Origin: Eledone cirrhosa
Taxonomy: Eukaryota
Assembly (NCBI GenBank): GCA_964016885.1
Contig: OZ024741.1
Location: forward strand, 137,330,001 to 137,394,000
Reading direction: 5' to 3'
DNA: 64,000 nt
Shown here one piece after another: positions 57,653 to 64,000 of this stretch (the first letter of the stretch is position 1; each line of letters begins with the position of its first letter). The notes below the pieces were generated by a model, which had not been told where the DNA came from, ran no database searches, and was given only the letters and a program-made list of their open reading frames with translations. A program made the position numbers and the translations under genes.

Positions 57653-57706
<54 letters not shown>

Positions 57707-57790
57707 GTGTGTTTAAAATACCGTAGTATAAAAAATATTCGAACACATACACATACGCCTATGCATATATGTATATATAATATATTTATA

Positions 57791-58009
<219 letters not shown>

Positions 58010-58987
58010 GTTGAGGTTTTGGCATTATATCAGACGTAGCGTTGTTGGTTTGTTGATAATATCAGTTGAAGTCAGGACAACAAAAGATCAATGAATTTGA
58101 TTGGTCGAATTATGGTTTGTTGATGCTACTGTAAAGTACGAGATCTGTCGAAAAAGTATCCGATCAGGGACTAGAGTAAATGTTTATGTACTTGCTGAGG
58201 TTCATCTTAAAGTTCCCTTCGAAGTAGGCCCAATATTTCTCAATATACAGCCAAGCTATCCTCCCGCTGATCGAAGCTTGTCTGGATGGGTTCTTCCAGA
58301 AAAGCTCTCAGTCCCGCCGACGCAAGCCACATTATGTCCTCTCAAGCTCTTGAGGACGTAGCCGTTCAGTAGCATTTTCATTTCCGGGAACATCCAGAAG
58401 CCAGAAGGAAAGAAATGAGCTTGACGTATGAGCGAAATGTCTTTCTTTTCCAAGAAACTATGATTAAGCTGATACGAATGAGCCATGGTTGAGCATTTTT
58501 CAGAAACTTGTAATCATATAACAATTCTTTGAGATTCATCGTGAGAGTGTGTGATAAGACTATCTAGTTGAATTACAGATTCAATCCATTTGAGGTACTT
58601 CCAAACAGCTTCCCTCTACCTATTTCAGACACAAGGTTTGGCTCAAACCTAGGCTATAACACTAGCTTCAGATGCCACACAGTTGAATAGAATTCTGAGA
58701 TCTATTACAAAATGAACTTCTTAACCATTTGTCAATGCTGCGTCCACCTGGTGTGTATATTACCTAGACTACTAAACATAAAATAATATCACGTTAAAAT
58801 ATCATTAAATTTATTGGCTACCAAATCTTAAACACAGCCATTTAGTATGCTAAAACCATCAAATAAATTTTAGCATTAAGTTATGTTCGCATTATGTCTT
58901 TATGTTTTAAGTGCGAAATAAATAGTCTTGGAAAGAAGAGCAGGATTTGTTGTTGATTTTTATTCCATTGATCTCAGTCTTTTAGAA

Positions 58988-59056
<69 letters not shown>

Positions 59057-59240
59057 GCTACTACTACTGGTGGTGGTAGTAGTAGTGCTGCTACTACTAC
59101 TATTGATATTAATAATAATGGTTTTAAATTCTGGGACAAGGTAAAGAAATTTAATGGAAAATGAACATACTGGAGTCAATATCATCATCCAACTCAGATT
59201 GCTGTCCTTGAACTTAAATTTAGAAGTTATTATTATTATT

Positions 59241-61536
59241 GCTATTAAGGCCGATAACAGCTGCTGAAGTACGGGAGGTAATGACTGGCTGCACAATGAG
59301 TAAATCGCCTGGTTTGGATGGTCTGCCCTACGAACTTTACGCACATATGCCAGACTTGTTCGCAGACCTCTTGGCGGACGTCTACTGGAACTGGCAGCAG
59401 AACGGGAGAATTCCCAGCTCTGTGAGTCGAGGAGTGGTGGCGTTGGTGAGAAAGGATCCGAACAAGGGGGATAACATAGATAATTTCAGGCACATAACTG
59501 TTAAACACAGAGTTCAAGCCTTTGGCTAAGGTGCTAGCAAAGCGGTTGGTGCTTGTCGTCGGTGGTTTGGTGGGAGAGGCGCAGACATGCGCCATTCCAG
59601 ACAGATTCATCCACGACAACCTCCACCTCATGCGATGCACTGTAGAGAGGGTAGCTAGGGAACCTGGCACGGGTGGGTCCTTGATCAATTTAGATCAGTC
59701 GAAAGCTTTCGATAGGGTCGACCATCGTTATCTGGCGGCAGTCCTGAGAGGGGCTGGCTTTGGGCCCGTCTTCAGAGGCTGGATGACTGCCGTGCACAGC
59801 GACATCTGCTCTGTGGTGAGAGTGAACGGTCACCTTTCGGAACCGTTCAAAATCATGCGCCCGGTCCGCCAAGGATGTCCCCTCTCGTCCCTATTGTACG
59901 TATTGACTCTCGAGCCATTACTGCACAAGCTGGAGACATTGAAGGGGTCCCGTGCGAACTGGGATGTGGAAGAACCGTGTCAGCATATGCCGACGGCGTC
60001 ACCGTAGTGGTGTCGAACGCCAAACACATCGAGCCGATCGGCACCACACTAAGAGAATACGAGGTGGTGACAGGAGCAATGATCAACCAGGAAAAGTCGA
60101 TGGGCCTGCAACTCGGCACCTGGAGAAGCAGATCCATGCCGTCCAACAACGTCGTCAGGCGTTGGACGGACCGGTTAAATTGCTAGGGGTCTGGTTCGGT
60201 CCGGACCTCCTGACGGCCAAAAACTGGGACGAGGTGACGAGCAGGGTGGCCTCTCTTACCCCGAAATGAGCCGAGAGGAAGCTATCCCTGAAAGGTCGAG
60301 CGGAGTTGGCGAACGCGTACATCGCGTCCGTCATCTACCACCGCCTGACCGTGATGCCTTGCCCTAAGCCACATCTGACTACGCTGGAGCGTTTGTTCTT
60401 TCGCTTTTTTTGGAAGGGACGTGCTCCGATGGTCAGGCAGTCTATCTCTCAACACCCGCTATGAGGAGGGATGGGCATACCATGGCTGATGATGCCCAGA
60501 CATGCGCTCAGGCTGCGGCATCACCATCTCTTCCTCGACGGTGATCAGGTGTGGTCGCGGTGTGCTAGACGCGTATTTTCTCAGCTCGTCTCCTTGACGG
60601 AGCTGCAGTCCTGGGTCAAGCGAAGACAGCGAGAGAGAGAGCGCTTGGAGACTGGAATGTTATCAGGCGCTTACCGCCCTCGACCAGTCGGGCAATGCGA
60701 TCGGCGGAAACTCCACCTTGGCGTTCTATAGAGGGTTAGTGGAGGGGAAGAGCGAAGGTGTCCTTGGGGAGACTCTGGGCGTCGACGAAAATTAACTAGC
60801 CAATCTCTTCGGAAGAACTTTCGGGTCGGGGCCCATGGAAATCTTCCAGAAATCCCTGGCCTGGCAGTGCTACAGAGGAGCCTTGCCAGTTCGGAATGAG
60901 CTCTACAGGCATGGAAGTGCCGTCAGCCGGGCCTATCCAAGATGCGCGCAGGGGCGACGAAACCGTCCTGCATGCACTCATCCAGTGTCCGAGCATTGCT
61001 GACTTGTGGGTTTATGTCTAACACCTGCTGTCGCGTGTAGGACGGATCCGGCTATCAGCTGAGTCTATCGTGAGGATTTCCCCACCGCCTTCCTTTAGCC
61101 AGGAAGGGCAGGCAATTTTTATCTCCCTGATGGCCATGGCGAAAGAGATCGTATGGTGGACCCGTCTGAAAGGGTTGAAGACGGGTACTTTCCTCTTCGG
61201 TGACGCCTTCAGTAACTTTTTCAGGTTTCACCCGAAAAGGAAAATCAGGGTAGAGAGTGAAGTGCTGCCTTCCAGCCAGTTTGCTGAAAAGTGGGTGAGA
61301 GAAGCAAGAATGGCCCGTGTGAATGGGCCTACCTTGAGCGTGTGCCTGTAGCATCGTGGATGGAAAACTGGAGGTCACTTGCCCTAGTGGGGAATTTTTC
61401 ATTGTTTCTTTTTTTGTCACATCTTTTTTTTGTATTTTTTTTTACACGCAGAAAAGCCCATTTGTACTACCCTGTATTGTCCTGTGTTGTCCTTAATGTT
61501 ATACTTTGTGTCAACCCTTGTGGTTAGTAAAGAAAG

Positions 61537-61537
<1 letters not shown>
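59241..61537 (+). mobile_element. 5'-truncated Tx1-group LINE of a sister subfamily, many frameshifts
   Basis: KSPGLDGLPYELY, DQSKAFDRVDH, RQGCPLS and KEIVWWTRLKG. Flanked on both sides by (ATT)n. Confidence 0.92.
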
Positions 61538-61578
<41 letters not shown>

Positions 61579-61579
<1 letters not shown>

Positions 61580-62300
61580 GTTGCATTTATCTTGCTTTAT
61601 GTTCATACGTGTTATCACCAAGTCACAACCAGTGACCTCAAGAGACAACAAGGTCCGCTATGTTCAAGAAAGAACATACATACACACACACGCATCTTTA
61701 GACTTGTGATGTACTTATATTAACAGAATCTTCCTTAGTATATGGGCAGTTCCCATTAGTGCTATCTTTTGTATTTTTTGTATTTCTCCTATACGCGGGT
61801 TTCCTGGGATTTGCGATAAGTAATCATTAGACTCCTTAGGTATCATTCCTAGAGCGCCCACAACCACTGGTATTGTTTTAGTTCTCAACTTCCACATTTT
61901 TCCAATTTCTATCTCCAGGTCTTTATACTTGCTCAATTTTTCAAATGTTTTTATAGATACATTCTCGTCTATTGGAACGGACATATCAATTAGCAGGCAT
62001 ACCCTCTTTTTAAAGTCCTTCAGTATTATATCAGGTCTATTTGCATCTACTTTTCGGTCTGTTCCAATGCTAAAGTTCCACAAGATTGAGATGTGATCTT
62101 TTTCAAGTTGATGCTCCCACCAATTCTTTTGATGAGGCAGGTCAAAATGCTTACACATTATCCAATGTATGTATTATGCAGCTCTGTCGTTCCTGTTTAG
62201 GTATTCGGTCGGAGCTATAGGACTGCACATTGAAATTATATGATCAATGGTCTCTGGTTGTTTTTTACATACACGGCATAATGGGTTGCACCCATTTTTT
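61579..62300 (-). mobile_element. 5'-truncated R4/Dong-like LINE (CCHC plus restriction-like endonuclease)
   Basis: CRVCKKQPETIDHIISMC, then NRPDIIL..LIDMSVP..EKLSKYKDL (PD-D/ExK type). The 3' end abuts (TAA)n. Confidence 0.88.
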
Positions 62301-62322
62301 ATTTCTTCTTCTTCTTCTTCTT

Positions 62323-62353
<31 letters not shown>

Positions 62354-62371
62354 TTATTATTATTATTATTA

Positions 62372-62816
62372 ATTGGCAGTATCGGTAGAGGGTCGGACGC
62401 CATGCTTTCTAGCATAGTTACGTCCCTTTACGGTTTGAGTTCAAATCCCGTCGAGGTTAACTTTGCCTTTCATCCTTACGGAGTCGATAAAATAAAGTAC
62501 CAGTCACGCACTGGGGTCAATTTAATCGACTTTTTCCTCCCCCAGACTTTATGGTCTGAGTTCAAATACCGCCGAGGTTATCTTCGTCTTTCATCCTTAC
62601 CGGGTCGATAAAATAAAGTACCAGTAATACACTGGGATAATTGCTGTCCTTGTGCCTAAAGTAGAAACAATTATTATTATTATTGTTTGTTTTTCCTCTT
62701 CCTTCAGTTTTGGTTCCGTTTTTTGCCGAGTGTCTTCCTGACACCTAAGGCAAATAAACTCGCTGTATACATTGGTAAGCCAGAAAAGTTAACACAACAT
62801 ATTGATTATATTTACA

Positions 62817-62900
<84 letters not shown>

Positions 62901-62953
62901 TTCTTTCTCTCTCTCTCTATTTCTTTCTCTCTCACTCTCTCTCTTTCTCTTTC

Positions 62954-63019
<66 letters not shown>

Positions 63020-63562
63020 CTCATACATACGTTCACATGCATACATATACATACACATGCAGACGAATATACGTACCTCGCACACACGCATTCACAAAAA
63101 CATACATGGAGGTTTATCATCCTCACAACCATAGTGCTCTCCTCAATACTCATGCAGTACCAGTTAAAACAACAATTTTGCACTGCTTGCAGAGATGGTA
63201 AACCAGAGATCATTCTTAAATACTGTTCTGTTCATTTTTTGATCATTCCTAGTACTCCTGCACTCACTGGTATTGTAACCGGCATTTGGCGGTGGATTGG
63301 CAGTACCGGTAGAGAGCCGGACGCCATGCTTTGCAGCATAGAGTTACGGCCCTTTATGATCTGAGTTCATATTCCGCCGAGATTAACTTTGCCTTTCATC
63401 CTTACAGGGTCGATAAAATAAAGTACCAGTCACGTACTGGAGTCGATTTAATCTACTTTCCCCTCTCCCAAAATTGCTGGCCTTGTGCCTATAAGAAACC
63501 ATTATTATGGCTATTATATTTATCGTTATTTTTATTATCATTAATTCCATCATCATCATCAG

Positions 63563-63622
<60 letters not shown>

Positions 63623-63812
63623 TATTTCTATTATAATGACGGTGGACTGGCAGTATCAGTAGAGGGTTTGACGTATAGAGTTACGCCCCTTTCCATTCTG
63701 AGTTCAAATCCCGCCGAGGTTAACTTTGCCTTTCATCCTTACGGGGTCGATAAAATAAAAGTACCAGTAATGTACTGAGTAATTGCTGGCCTTGTGCCAA
63801 AAGTAGAAACAA
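62372..63812 (+). mobile_element. Cluster of Nin-domain-like SINEs (62372-62670 dimeric, 63290-63500, 63640-63812)
   Basis: Repeated A and B boxes plus ctttgcctttcatccttacggggtcgataaaataaagtaccagt, with (ATT)n tails. Confidence 0.88.
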
Positions 63813-64000
63813 TTATTTCTATTATAATATTGGCGACAACTGAGATAATCTTACACATAATACATAGCCTTACGTGGAAAACTTTCTTGACTAAATTTGT
63901 CATTAAAAAGCTGTTTCATATAATCAATGCACATTATAGATATATAAATATGTATATATATATACATATGTATAGACACACACACACACAGACATATACA

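Noticed and set aside
62372-63812. CRISPR-like or regularly spaced repeat array
   Set aside because: These are irregularly spaced SINE copies in eukaryotic DNA.

Overview
This is AT-rich animal DNA saturated with microsatellites. The SINE, RTE and Penelope repertoire suggests an octopus or other cephalopod, but that is inference. I recognise no host protein-coding gene; nearly all ORFs in the track are microsatellite artefacts or broken transposon proteins. The window holds Tx1/L1-group LINE copies, two RTE-clade LINEs (one with an internal PHD-like finger, one with three C-terminal C2H2 fingers), an R4/Dong-like restriction-endonuclease LINE, a near-complete Penelope-like element (PLE), a Tigger/pogo transposon, three Helitron derivatives and two tRNA-derived SINE families. 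The strongest signal the ORF track does not explain is about 20 minimal type I hammerhead-ribozyme-like motifs (CUGANGA, stem II, GAAA, palindromic stem III, NUH) from many unrelated sequence families. They are usually followed by AATAAA, lie next to (TA)n tracts and are often arranged as fold-back inverted repeats, including a nested palindrome spanning about 4.8 kb. All calls were made by eye and element boundaries are approximate.
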